A program made the translations under genes and the position numbers. This document shows, piece after piece, positions 1 through 7,760 of a stretch of DNA of 14,402 bases. The first letter of the stretch is position 1, and every line of letters starts with the position of its first letter. The notes beneath the pieces were generated by a model. The model had not been told where the DNA came from. It did no database searches and saw only the letters and a list, made by a program, of their open reading frames with translations. This DNA is from a bacterium (GTDB taxonomy: Bacteria > Babelota > Babeliae > Babelales > RVW-14): NCBI GenBank assembly GCA_043822925.1, contig JBDRBF010000073.1:1-14402 (forward strand). Direction: 5' to 3'.

Positions 1-1
1 C

Positions 2-586
2 AATGTAAAAGACGTAATAACAAAACTCCTTGAGAATACACATTTTATAAATAACGCAACCGAAAAACAAATTGCTGATCTTGATGAAAGCTCATCTAAA
101 TTAGAATTAAAAGACGAGTTTATTAAAATATTCCCGCAGAATTTCAGCACGCTTACAAACAATCTTATCAGCGGCATGGCAAAGCCAGAAACACCAGGAC
201 AAATCAAATATCTTGAAAGTAAAAACGTAAAGCTCGTAGTTACACTGACCAAAGACAAACTTGATGCAACGCTTTTCAAAAACACGTCAGTTAAAAACAT
301 ACACTTGCCAATTCAATCAGGTAATGCACCAACAGAAGACCAAATAAAAACATTCTTAACAGAAGCCAAACAAGTTACAAGCACGGGCGGTAAAATAGTC
401 GTGCACTGTGAACAAGGCCTACACAGAACCGGCACCATGTTGGCTCTCTGGCTAATCACAAACAACAACATGTCAGCCCAGCAGGCTATAAACTTTGTAC
501 GCGAACAGCGTCCAGGCTCAATCAGTCCAGGAATCCAGGAAAAATTTTTACACAAATTTGAAGAACAAATAGCAGAGTATAAATAA
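2..586 (+). CDS. Dual-specificity/protein-tyrosine phosphatase family protein (DUSP23-like CX5R domain), 5'-truncated by the window edge
   Basis: The frame of ORF 176..586 stays open back to base 2 (NVKDVITKLLEN...KIFPQNFSTLTNNLISGMAKP), so ATG176 is internal. PQNFS..ISGMAKP resembles the N-terminal strand of DUSP23-type domains. The P-loop VVHCEQGLHRTG is present (Cys codon 407-409, Arg codon 425-427), as is the C-terminal AINFVREQRPGSI..Q motif. Stop TAA at 584-586. Confidence 0.9.
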   Translation, partial: NVKDVITKLLENTHFINNATEKQIADLDESSSKLELKDEFIKIFPQNFSTLTNNLISGMAKPETPGQIKYLESKNVKLVVTLTKDKLDATLFKNTSVKNIHLPIQSGNAPTEDQIKTFLTEAKQVTSTGGKIVVHCEQGLHRTGTMLALWLITNNNMSAQQAINFVREQRPGSISPGIQEKFLHKFEEQIAEYK

Positions 587-623
587 TTAAGTTTTGTTTA
601 ATTAAATAACTGAGACGTTATTA

Positions 624-656
624 GGGTAGGCGTAAAAACCTGCCCCTCTGTTTTTT
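624..656 (+). terminator. Probable intrinsic terminator between convergent genes
   Basis: GGGTAGG (624-630) pairs with CCTGCCC (639-645) with one G:U pair and an 8-nt loop, followed by CTCTGTTTTTT. It lies in the 77-bp gap between the two stop codons. Confidence 0.65.
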
Positions 657-663
657 ACAAAGC

Positions 664-3600
664 TCACCAACCACTACTTTCATCAACGTTTGGTTTTATA
701 ACCACTTCTTCGCATACAACGTCTATACCATGAGCCAGCTGAGCAACCTGCCCGGCAAGCGCCACTTTGCCTTCACGCGTGAGCTCCTCGCTTTTTTCAA
801 GCAGTAGCATCTTTATATCTTTTGCCATTTGCGTCTGAAATCCAGGCTCCTCTGGCAAAAGATAGGCGTTTCCAGAATCAGGCCATCCCCAATCGTTTGC
901 CTCATTTTGCGCCCCAACATAAACACCGGTAGCCTTGCTCAACGCCTTTGCCAGATCAGCCGCAAAGGAATACACTCGCAAATCTTCTTTATGCGAATCT
1001 ATCGCGAACTTAGCAGCTGCAAACGCCCTAACATACGCAATCTTTTTATTAATTAAATCGAACACAATCTCTTTTGCCAAATCAAACTTTTTATGTTTTA
1101 TCAACTCTGATGCAAACTCAGAGAATATTTGATTAAAATCTTTTTTCGCATTAAACAAAGCTCGTTTTTTAACGTTTTCTTCATTTTGAGCAAATTTTTC
1201 TCCAAGAACTGGTTTGGCCTGGGCAACAAACGCATCCACATCTACAGCTCCCTGGGCCTGAACAGCCGCCTCATCTAGTTTTCCCAGAACCTCTTTAATC
1301 TTAGCTTCAGGATATTCGCGTACAATTATCGGAACAAAATCATTCAAAAACACGGGCAATTGCGCAAGAAATTTTTTCGGCAAAAGTTCATCCATAAATA
1401 CTTTAATTTCTCCCTCAGAAAATAGTTTTTTAGCGAGCGGCACAAAAACATCAAAAAAACCTGGATTTGCCGATACCAACAATGCCCAATCATGCATAAA
1501 TTCTGATAATTTACTTTTAACAAACGCTTGATAATCTCCATCTTTTTTAGCCAAAACATCAAGCCCCTTCATCACCAGGTCCGGCATAGCCCTGACAAGC
1601 TGTTTATTTTTAAATAATTCTTCTACCAGAACAAACGCTGCTGAACGCGATTCTTCAATCTCTAATAACAAACATAGTTTTGATAACAAATAACGTGATA
1701 AAAAAAGCGTGTCAGTCCCAATCTTCTTAGTTACCTCAAGGTCTTCATGCTTCATACCACTTTCGATATTTAATGGATAATTAAATTGAGCATCTTTTAA
1801 GAGACTTAATTTAATGCCATTAAGAGCCTCTTTATACTTAGTTGCTCCTATAAAAGCATCTACAAAAAAGGCGCTACAAAAAAGATCATTCAAGAAAAAC
1901 TGGTCCGGAACGGCCAATTTTTCAAATAAAGTAAAAACTTGATCGGCGCCAACCCACTTGTAATCATGGTCACGATATAGACCTAGGCCTTTCCCCCATT
2001 TTTTACCACTCATTTTATTAACAGTATCAAGCATCTTAATAGAGCGGACAAAAGCCCCCATTGTCATCTGTGCAAACGCTCTAAGATATTTCACCAAAAT
2101 ATCAAGATCACTTTTTTCGTCCAAAATCCACGAAAAAGTCGTAACCAAACCAGCTTGCCTGCCCTGAGCAACACCCGTAACTGCCGGTGGTTTTGCAAAC
2201 ACAAAGCCCGATGCAAGCGCCGCAAGATTCGCATACCCACCAAGCGCATACATTCTGTTATACTCGTTGTGCCCCATAAACACGGGTGACAAGACGGCCT
2301 GATGCTCTTTATTCGTATTATATAAAAGACTAAACGTTACACTATGTTGGCGCAGCACCAAATTGTAATTCAAGCGCATATACGGATAATTATAATCAAC
2401 CCCGACAAGCGTTGCATACGTCATTCGCCCCTCATGCTCATCATACGAACTCACTTCGCGCAATTTCGCAGATACTTTTTGAATAAAATCTGGCAACCCG
2501 GCCTCAGAAATACCAATCTGCTTATGTAACGTAGAAATAATAACTAAAATATTTTGGTGCATTAACGTAAACAAATCTTCAAGCGACACAGGCAAAGCAC
2601 GGGCAAAATCAACCTTGCTCCCAAGCGCAGCAGCCGCAACTGAAAATGTTGACGTCGCATTTAAATAAGATTCTTTTGGCTCCTGATAGCGTTTCATAAA
2701 AATTTCGCGTATTTTTTTGAGATATTGTTCAAACGGCCAATTCCAATCTTGGCGATTCAGCTCAACCAGCATCAGCTTCTTTTCCATTACTTTCTGGTCA
2801 TCATCGATCGCCGCAACCCACTGCTCCATAAGCATCAAGTACCCAACAAGTACCTGCGCAAAGCGTACAACCTGGTCCTGTTTCTTGTCTTTATACGCAG
2901 GACTACCAGTCAGGCCCTTAATTGATTTATCATACACGTCGACTATTTTTTTCAAAAAGCCCAAAAGAACCAACTTGCCCAGCTCGCCCGTATTTTTGAA
3001 TCTTGTTATAAGCGGTGCATATTTAGTTAAAACAAACGCTTTTAAATCTTTATAATCTAATGGCGGCACCTTTTTGCCTTGCCAATTCTGCCAAAACGCC
3101 TCGTTTGAAGCCACGAAAATAAACAAAAATTGTTTTGAAAACTCAGTATACAATTTCGTAAATTTCGCAGGATCACCCCATTGCTCAATCCTGTTTTGCC
3201 AGGTCTCAAGAATATGTCCATTTTCTTGAACCCACGAGATAACTTCTTTATTAGCATAATATTCTTCTACCAAATCAAAAGCACAAGCGTGAGACCGAAT
3301 TGATATCTCTTTATCTTTATTTTTTTCCCACGCTTTAATAAAAGACGAATTAATCCAGACTCCAAGAACACCAAATTCTTGCAAACGGGCAACAACCAAC
3401 GCAAGATGCTTAATCGCTTGAGACACGTTTCTGAAATTTTGCTCAAACTTCTGTCCCGGCAATCTTGTTTCAGATAAACCGTTTAAAAACGTTTGCCAAT
3501 TTTTTTTAATATCTTCACGCAATATGAGTTTATCGGCCTTCATGAGGTCACGGACATACTCCCGGGACTCAGCCCCAAATTTTCCCGTTATTTTTTCCCC

Positions 3601-5937
3601 GGCAATCTCGTCATCTTTTTGCTCTTTTAAGAGATCACCAAGCGAAAATCCTGAAACCATGTCTAACGTTGCCTGTTGATAAATTATCGCTTCTAAAAAC
3701 TTGATCGCATATAAGCGTAATAAACGTGCCTGCCCCGTGCTCATGTTCTTAGTTTCTTCAAATATGTGCAAAATTTCTACGGCGCTACACACAACCCCCA
3801 AATACACAAGAGCCGCTTGCCCCAATACATCTTTAGGCTGCAAAAGAGATGCTGCGCGATAAACTATGCACTTGAGCGCGCCAAGAACATCTTCTTTTTT
3901 TTCCCCCGCTTTAATACGTCTCAACAAAGCCCCAACCGAAACTTTTTTGTCATCTTGATCTTTCTTTTTATCCCAGGCAAGCTCGACAAAATTTGCTTCA
4001 AAAGTGTCTTTATTGCGTGTCTTAAATAATTCTAAAAAATCTGGAATAAGTGATATTTTGCGTGGTATTGGATGGGTGTACCAGCCTTCATAAATAAATT
4101 CTTTTCTTTTCACGCTATCTTTAAGTAATTCTTTATCCTGCGCACGTGCTTTGACGGCCAGTGCGCGCTGCATATCACATAACACGCACGCCTGCCCCTC
4201 ACTCAGCCACGCTTTTATTGTGTCACACTGGTCGCCAGAAAAGACAAGCACCGGAATACCATAACTACGGAACGTCGTTGCTTCATGTGATGTTGACGGA
4301 GCCATCTCTTTGACAATTACGGCTTTAATCTCACGTCTATTTGTTTCAGGGGCATCATGAATTCTGAGCGCCTGCGGCAACGTATCGGTCATAATAATCT
4401 GGCCTATTGTTTCTACCAGACGTACATACCCACCAGCTATACCAATACTTTCACCGCTCACAACATGCGCTGCTTGGTCAGGCAGGCCGTTAAGATACAT
4501 GTCTGTAATATAGTCTTGTATGCGTTCTTGTTTACGCTGCACAACGGGCCGCGCTTGGACAAAATAAATCTTATTTTCACGCTTATTAACCACAAATTCT
4601 ATGTCTTGTGGATAGTCATAAAATGTTTCTACTTCGTCGGCAATTAATTTAAGATCAAGCACCAAATCTGGCCCAATCGCAGGTTTTTCCCGAGTTTCTT
4701 TCTTATTATCAACAAATTCAAGCGCATATTTTTTTTGAGGCGCGTACTTAACACCAGGCTCAAATTTTTCCTGATTTTCTTTTGAAACCAAACGCTTTGT
4801 TTTCTTGCGAACTATGGGATGTATCAAACCTATCTTGCCTGAACCAGCGTGCGCCCAAATATAATACGTATCGACGGGCACAAGACTATTAACAACAGCC
4901 TCGTTATGTCCGTATGTTGCCTGTATTTGGGTTACGCCAGGCGTATTGCCCTCCGCTTCCCGGGTAAACATAACCCCAGAAACCGGGATATCTTTTTCTT
5001 CTGGTTGCGTGCCATCCCATATACGTTCGCCAATCATGCATTGAATAAGAACCGGCATAAATGGTTCTTTTTGCAGCTCTGTTTTTATCGCATCTATTAT
5101 TTCGTTTTCTTGTTTCTTCTCGTTTTGAGCAGCCGAGCGTGTAGAAAGAAGCCTTTGGGAAAAAGATTTCTCCCCAAAATATGACGCTACTACTTCACCG
5201 ATGGCACGCCATATTTCAACAAGTTCTGGACGCACTGCAGCTATTGTTTCATTGCCACCGGCATTGGCCAGCTCTTTTGTATCTTCTCTGCCCGTACTTC
5301 TAACCATTAATAACGCGCCTGTTTGTTTGATATCAAGAGAGGCTAAAAAAGCACCTAACTGCTCGACTAAATCTTGGGAGTCTTGGCCCAAATTTTCTTC
5401 TATTTTTTTTTCGCTGTGCACGTTAAAAGCATCTCTAATACTTATTTGTATCTCTTTAAGAACAAGCAGCGCATCAGGGGCCAAACCAGGTTCTTTTTTT
5501 TGTTTTATTTGTTCATCAATAAATGTAATTTGTTTTTTAACAAATTCTTGCCATTTTTCATCCAAACTCACGCCTATTTTTGAACCAATAGTACGCTCAA
5601 AATTTACTGCTATATATTTTTTAATTTTCGTATCACTTATAGCAAAAAATTCTGGCACGGCTAACTCAAAACCAGTTTTAGATGCTTTTGCTAATTTTTT
5701 ATTAACATCTTTTGCCAGCGTATGCAAAACAGACAAATGAGTTGTCTTGTTTCCATACTGCTTTGAAAAATCGTCAAAGCTCCCTTTTTTTTCCGTAACA
5801 AGATCCCCCTGCTCAAACGTTGGTAAAACAAAATTACCTAACTCTTTGTAAAAATCTCCCCCATACCCATTTGGCCCCAAGAGCATAAATACGAGACCTA
5901 AAAACAGAAAAATGCCCAAACGACGCGATATGCGCAT
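664..5937 (-). CDS. Large exported PEP-synthase/PPDK-family dikinase-like protein (ATP-grasp PEP/pyruvate-binding domain, phospho-His swivel domain, long unrecognised C-terminus)
   Basis: 1757-aa ORF with RBS GGAG (5947-5944). Signal-peptide-like N-terminus MRISRRLGIFLFLGLVFMLLGPNGYG. PPDK_N motifs: YGNK, VPEFFAI, LMVRSTGRED..ANAGGNET (~aa 210-230), PVLIQCMI, SGVMFT, ATYGHNEAVV, PQDIEFVV, IYFVQARP (~aa 461). Swivel motif STSHEATTFRSYGIPVLV with His551 (codon 4287-4285). Confidence 0.85.
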   Translation of the reverse strand: MRISRRLGIFLFLGLVFMLLGPNGYGGDFYKELGNFVLPTFEQGDLVTEKKGSFDDFSKQYGNKTTHLSVLHTLAKDVNKKLAKASKTGFELAVPEFFAISDTKIKKYIAVNFERTIGSKIGVSLDEKWQEFVKKQITFIDEQIKQKKEPGLAPDALLVLKEIQISIRDAFNVHSEKKIEENLGQDSQDLVEQLGAFLASLDIKQTGALLMVRSTGREDTKELANAGGNETIAAVRPELVEIWRAIGEVVASYFGEKSFSQRLLSTRSAAQNEKKQENEIIDAIKTELQKEPFMPVLIQCMIGERIWDGTQPEEKDIPVSGVMFTREAEGNTPGVTQIQATYGHNEAVVNSLVPVDTYYIWAHAGSGKIGLIHPIVRKKTKRLVSKENQEKFEPGVKYAPQKKYALEFVDNKKETREKPAIGPDLVLDLKLIADEVETFYDYPQDIEFVVNKRENKIYFVQARPVVQRKQERIQDYITDMYLNGLPDQAAHVVSGESIGIAGGYVRLVETIGQIIMTDTLPQALRIHDAPETNRREIKAVIVKEMAPSTSHEATTFRSYGIPVLVFSGDQCDTIKAWLSEGQACVLCDMQRALAVKARAQDKELLKDSVKRKEFIYEGWYTHPIPRKISLIPDFLELFKTRNKDTFEANFVELAWDKKKDQDDKKVSVGALLRRIKAGEKKEDVLGALKCIVYRAASLLQPKDVLGQAALVYLGVVCSAVEILHIFEETKNMSTGQARLLRLYAIKFLEAIIYQQATLDMVSGFSLGDLLKEQKDDEIAGEKITGKFGAESREYVRDLMKADKLILREDIKKNWQTFLNGLSETRLPGQKFEQNFRNVSQAIKHLALVVARLQEFGVLGVWINSSFIKAWEKNKDKEISIRSHACAFDLVEEYYANKEVISWVQENGHILETWQNRIEQWGDPAKFTKLYTEFSKQFLFIFVASNEAFWQNWQGKKVPPLDYKDLKAFVLTKYAPLITRFKNTGELGKLVLLGFLKKIVDVYDKSIKGLTGSPAYKDKKQDQVVRFAQVLVGYLMLMEQWVAAIDDDQKVMEKKLMLVELNRQDWNWPFEQYLKKIREIFMKRYQEPKESYLNATSTFSVAAAALGSKVDFARALPVSLEDLFTLMHQNILVIISTLHKQIGISEAGLPDFIQKVSAKLREVSSYDEHEGRMTYATLVGVDYNYPYMRLNYNLVLRQHSVTFSLLYNTNKEHQAVLSPVFMGHNEYNRMYALGGYANLAALASGFVFAKPPAVTGVAQGRQAGLVTTFSWILDEKSDLDILVKYLRAFAQMTMGAFVRSIKMLDTVNKMSGKKWGKGLGLYRDHDYKWVGADQVFTLFEKLAVPDQFFLNDLFCSAFFVDAFIGATKYKEALNGIKLSLLKDAQFNYPLNIESGMKHEDLEVTKKIGTDTLFLSRYLLSKLCLLLEIEESRSAAFVLVEELFKNKQLVRAMPDLVMKGLDVLAKKDGDYQAFVKSKLSEFMHDWALLVSANPGFFDVFVPLAKKLFSEGEIKVFMDELLPKKFLAQLPVFLNDFVPIIVREYPEAKIKEVLGKLDEAAVQAQGAVDVDAFVAQAKPVLGEKFAQNEENVKKRALFNAKKDFNQIFSEFASELIKHKKFDLAKEIVFDLINKKIAYVRAFAAAKFAIDSHKEDLRVYSFAADLAKALSKATGVYVGAQNEANDWGWPDSGNAYLLPEEPGFQTQMAKDIKMLLLEKSEELTREGKVALAGQVAQLAHGIDVVCEEVVIKPNVDESSGW

Positions 5938-5974
5938 ATTCTTCTCCGTTTGTTAAACAACAAAAGTAATAACG

Positions 5975-7234
5975 CTACAAAATAGAACACTGAGATGATT
6001 GCTTCATGCTCCGTGCAAAAAGCTCAAGCGCTTTAAAATAATTCTTCTCCATTTTTTTATCTTTTTGCTTTCGTACATGTCTAAAAATTTTAATCCCACT
6101 GGCCGGGTTATGAAAAACGTTTGGCGCCAAGTAAATTCTCACCTGCAAACGATCTAAAGCACACGCCAAAGAATAATAATTACACGGGGCATACAAAAAC
6201 GCCTTTTCTCTGTCTTTTTTATACAAATTTAAAAATTCAGCTACCGTTATTTCACTCTCTTTGTCATATAATTTATACGGGCATTCATGTCTCTTTTCAC
6301 AAAAAACATCATCACACGCAGTACAATCAGCATGAAGTCTTATTTTTTTTACCAATAAACTTTTACCACCACACCCACCGGGGTCAGCATTCCACACATA
6401 CTTATTAGTTTTGCTCACTGGAATAAAAACTTGAATCATCCAATTATCATCATAACTGAGATATTTTTTAATTGGATTACGAGAATCAGACCCTTCTATC
6501 ATTTTCAAAAGCTTTACCCCATGCGTAGGGAAATAATCACCCAAGCCAAAAAAATCAAATACTTCTTTTAAAACGCTACTCGTACTTAAACTCCCCATTA
6601 AACGTTGCGCCCCGCCACCTATATTTGGAACAAGAAAATAATTCATAGGACATTCAGATGGACAACTACAAGCACACGTAAACGGTGTTGGCCCGGCTGA
6701 AAGACATAATTTACGTGAAATGGCTCCTCCATCAAAATGTTTCCCCGCACTTATAAGCTCATCAACATTGGCATAATCCTTAAACTCTTTGTATGGAATC
6801 CGCAGTATGGCCAAGTCTTCCGGCAGATCAATCTCAAAAAAAACTTTCAAAAAAACACGCATAACATCTTGAATAAAAATATAAAATGCATGCGTACCAT
6901 GATAAAAAACATGATGCGTTTTTCCATAAAAATTTTCTAATTTTGCAAAACGTTTTACAACATCTTCAAAAAATTTATCTTGAGGCAACTTCACATCAAA
7001 TTTATGGTCATATTTTTTTTCAGCATAATAATCAGTTACTTTTCGAAAAAAAGCATCAAGAAACGCATGCGTCTCTTTTCCATTTCTTAAATAAGCCCCT
7101 GTTTGCGTATATGGCTCAAAATAGTCTGTCATTTCAGATGCATCGTTAAAAGCAAAACAAGTACAAAAATTAAAAACGATCACGCCCAATAAAGACCAGA
7201 ATATTTTCTTTAAAAATAAAATATTATTTACCAT
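5975..7234 (-). CDS. Exported Cys-rich hypothetical protein with FYHGT motif (possible ADP-ribosyltransferase-like fold)
   Basis: 419-aa ORF with a G-rich RBS (GGCGGGGG on the minus strand, ~7249-7242) and a hydrophobic N-terminus KKIFWSLLGVIVFNFCTCFA. VFYHGT at ~aa 109-114. Contains 15 Cys, including CACSCPSEC and CTACDDVFCEKRHEC. It ends 37 bp before the dikinase start, so the two are likely co-transcribed. The CDS is well supported; the function is speculative. Confidence 0.75.
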   Translation of the reverse strand: MVNNILFLKKIFWSLLGVIVFNFCTCFAFNDASEMTDYFEPYTQTGAYLRNGKETHAFLDAFFRKVTDYYAEKKYDHKFDVKLPQDKFFEDVVKRFAKLENFYGKTHHVFYHGTHAFYIFIQDVMRVFLKVFFEIDLPEDLAILRIPYKEFKDYANVDELISAGKHFDGGAISRKLCLSAGPTPFTCACSCPSECPMNYFLVPNIGGGAQRLMGSLSTSSVLKEVFDFFGLGDYFPTHGVKLLKMIEGSDSRNPIKKYLSYDDNWMIQVFIPVSKTNKYVWNADPGGCGGKSLLVKKIRLHADCTACDDVFCEKRHECPYKLYDKESEITVAEFLNLYKKDREKAFLYAPCNYYSLACALDRLQVRIYLAPNVFHNPASGIKIFRHVRKQKDKKMEKNYFKALELFARSMKQSSQCSIL

Positions 7235-7310
7235 AACATAGCCCCCGCCATAAATTGCCCCTAAAAAACGCTACTTATATTGCAGTCTAAAATCTTTATG
7301 CACGATATGT

Positions 7311-7340
7311 AGCATACGTAAAAAACATATGATCGCTCAA
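7311..7340 (-). promoter_or_regulatory. Candidate sigma70 promoter for the leftward operon
   Basis: On the minus strand, TTGAGC (7340-7335), an 18-nt spacer, then TATGCT (7316-7311), about 76 nt upstream of the ATG at 7234. Chance matches are likely in AT-rich DNA. Confidence 0.3.
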
Positions 7341-7423
7341 GGCTTTATAAGAAAACATATTTAGGCAAAACAATTATAAGCTTTTTAGCCTCACTTTTTT
7401 TCGTTCTTTATCAAACTATTGCA

Positions 7424-7493
7424 TTCCAAACCTCAGACTTATACGCTTATAATTGGTCCAAAGAGATCACAATAGTTAGTAATAATAGGGGAG
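7424..7493 (+). promoter_or_regulatory. Candidate promoter and ribosome-binding site of the small Cys-rich ORF
   Basis: Perfect TATAAT at 7448-7453 with a weak -35 TTCCAA at 7424-7429 (18-nt spacer). Strong Shine-Dalgarno AGGGGAG at 7487-7493, 7 nt before ATG7501. Confidence 0.55.
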
Positions 7494-7500
7494 CTAGACT

Positions 7501-7677
7501 ATGTGCGGAAATTCGAAAAAAAGTGGCTGTGAGAGCATAAAAAACACAGGTATAAAAAAATGCACCTGCGATAAATCTTGCAACTGCGCATGTAGCGGCT
7601 GCAAATGCAGCCCTACAAAAAAAACAAGCTCTAACTGTACATGCTGCGTCAAAACCGCTTGTAAATCATGCAAATAA
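7501..7677 (+). CDS. Metallothionein-like small Cys/Lys-rich protein (58 aa), absent from the supplied ORF track
   Basis: Manual translation: MCGNSKKSGCESIKNTGIKKCTCDKSCNCACSGCKCSPTKKTSSNCTCCVKTACKSCK*. 14 Cys (24%) in CxC, CxxC and CC arrangements, 12 Lys, no aromatic residues, no His. Strong SD upstream. Stop TAA at 7675-7677. Confidence 0.8.
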   Translation: MCGNSKKSGCESIKNTGIKKCTCDKSCNCACSGCKCSPTKKTSSNCTCCVKTACKSCK

Positions 7678-7686
7678 CTCTACTAC

Positions 7687-7708
7687 GCCCTACGTGGCTT
7701 CGAAGGGC
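7687..7708. repeat. Short GC-rich palindromic hairpin after the metallothionein-like gene
   Basis: GCCCT-a-CG (7687-7694) pairs with CG-a-AGGGC (7701-7708) around a 6-nt loop. There is no U-tract, so it is not a classical terminator. Confidence 0.45.
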
Positions 7709-7760
7709 AGGCAAGACATATGACAACAACAATAACCAACATATAAAGTAAGAAACGTAT

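Noticed and set aside
176-586. ATG176 as the true start of the phosphatase
   Set aside because: The frame is open to the window edge, and conserved DSP N-terminal residues (PQNFS) lie upstream of this Met.
664-5937. Annotation as ppsA/ppdK
   Set aside because: No C-terminal PEP/pyruvate-binding barrel motifs, about twice the usual length, and a signal peptide is present.
313-7149. Short overlapping ORFs (313-555, 829-1056, 935-1132, 1344-1562, 2344-2529, 2717-3055, 2725-2925, 3057-3257, 3766-4029, 4357-4647, 4849-5184, 5201-5740, 5374-5583, 6121-6408, 6737-6940, 6886-7149)
   Set aside because: Antisense or off-frame shadows of well-supported genes, with no recognisable motifs.
664-7234. Rifamycin-resistance pair (rifampin phosphotransferase plus Arr) next to an efflux pump
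   Set aside because: RPH has its His domain at the C-terminus and is about half this size, Arr is a small cytoplasmic protein, and both proteins here have export-like N-termini.
7501-7677. RiPP precursor (lanthipeptide/ranthipeptide) reading of the Cys/Ser/Thr-rich ORF
   Set aside because: No leader/core partition (Cys starts at residue 2), no double-glycine site, and no radical SAM, LanM or peptidase genes in the window. The metallothionein pattern fits better.
7720-7746. Mini-ORF MTTTITNI resembling a Thr/Ile attenuator leader peptide
   Set aside because: Weak RBS, only 14 nt to the next start with no terminator/antiterminator structure, downstream genes unrelated to Thr/Ile synthesis, and explained by local A/C-rich composition.
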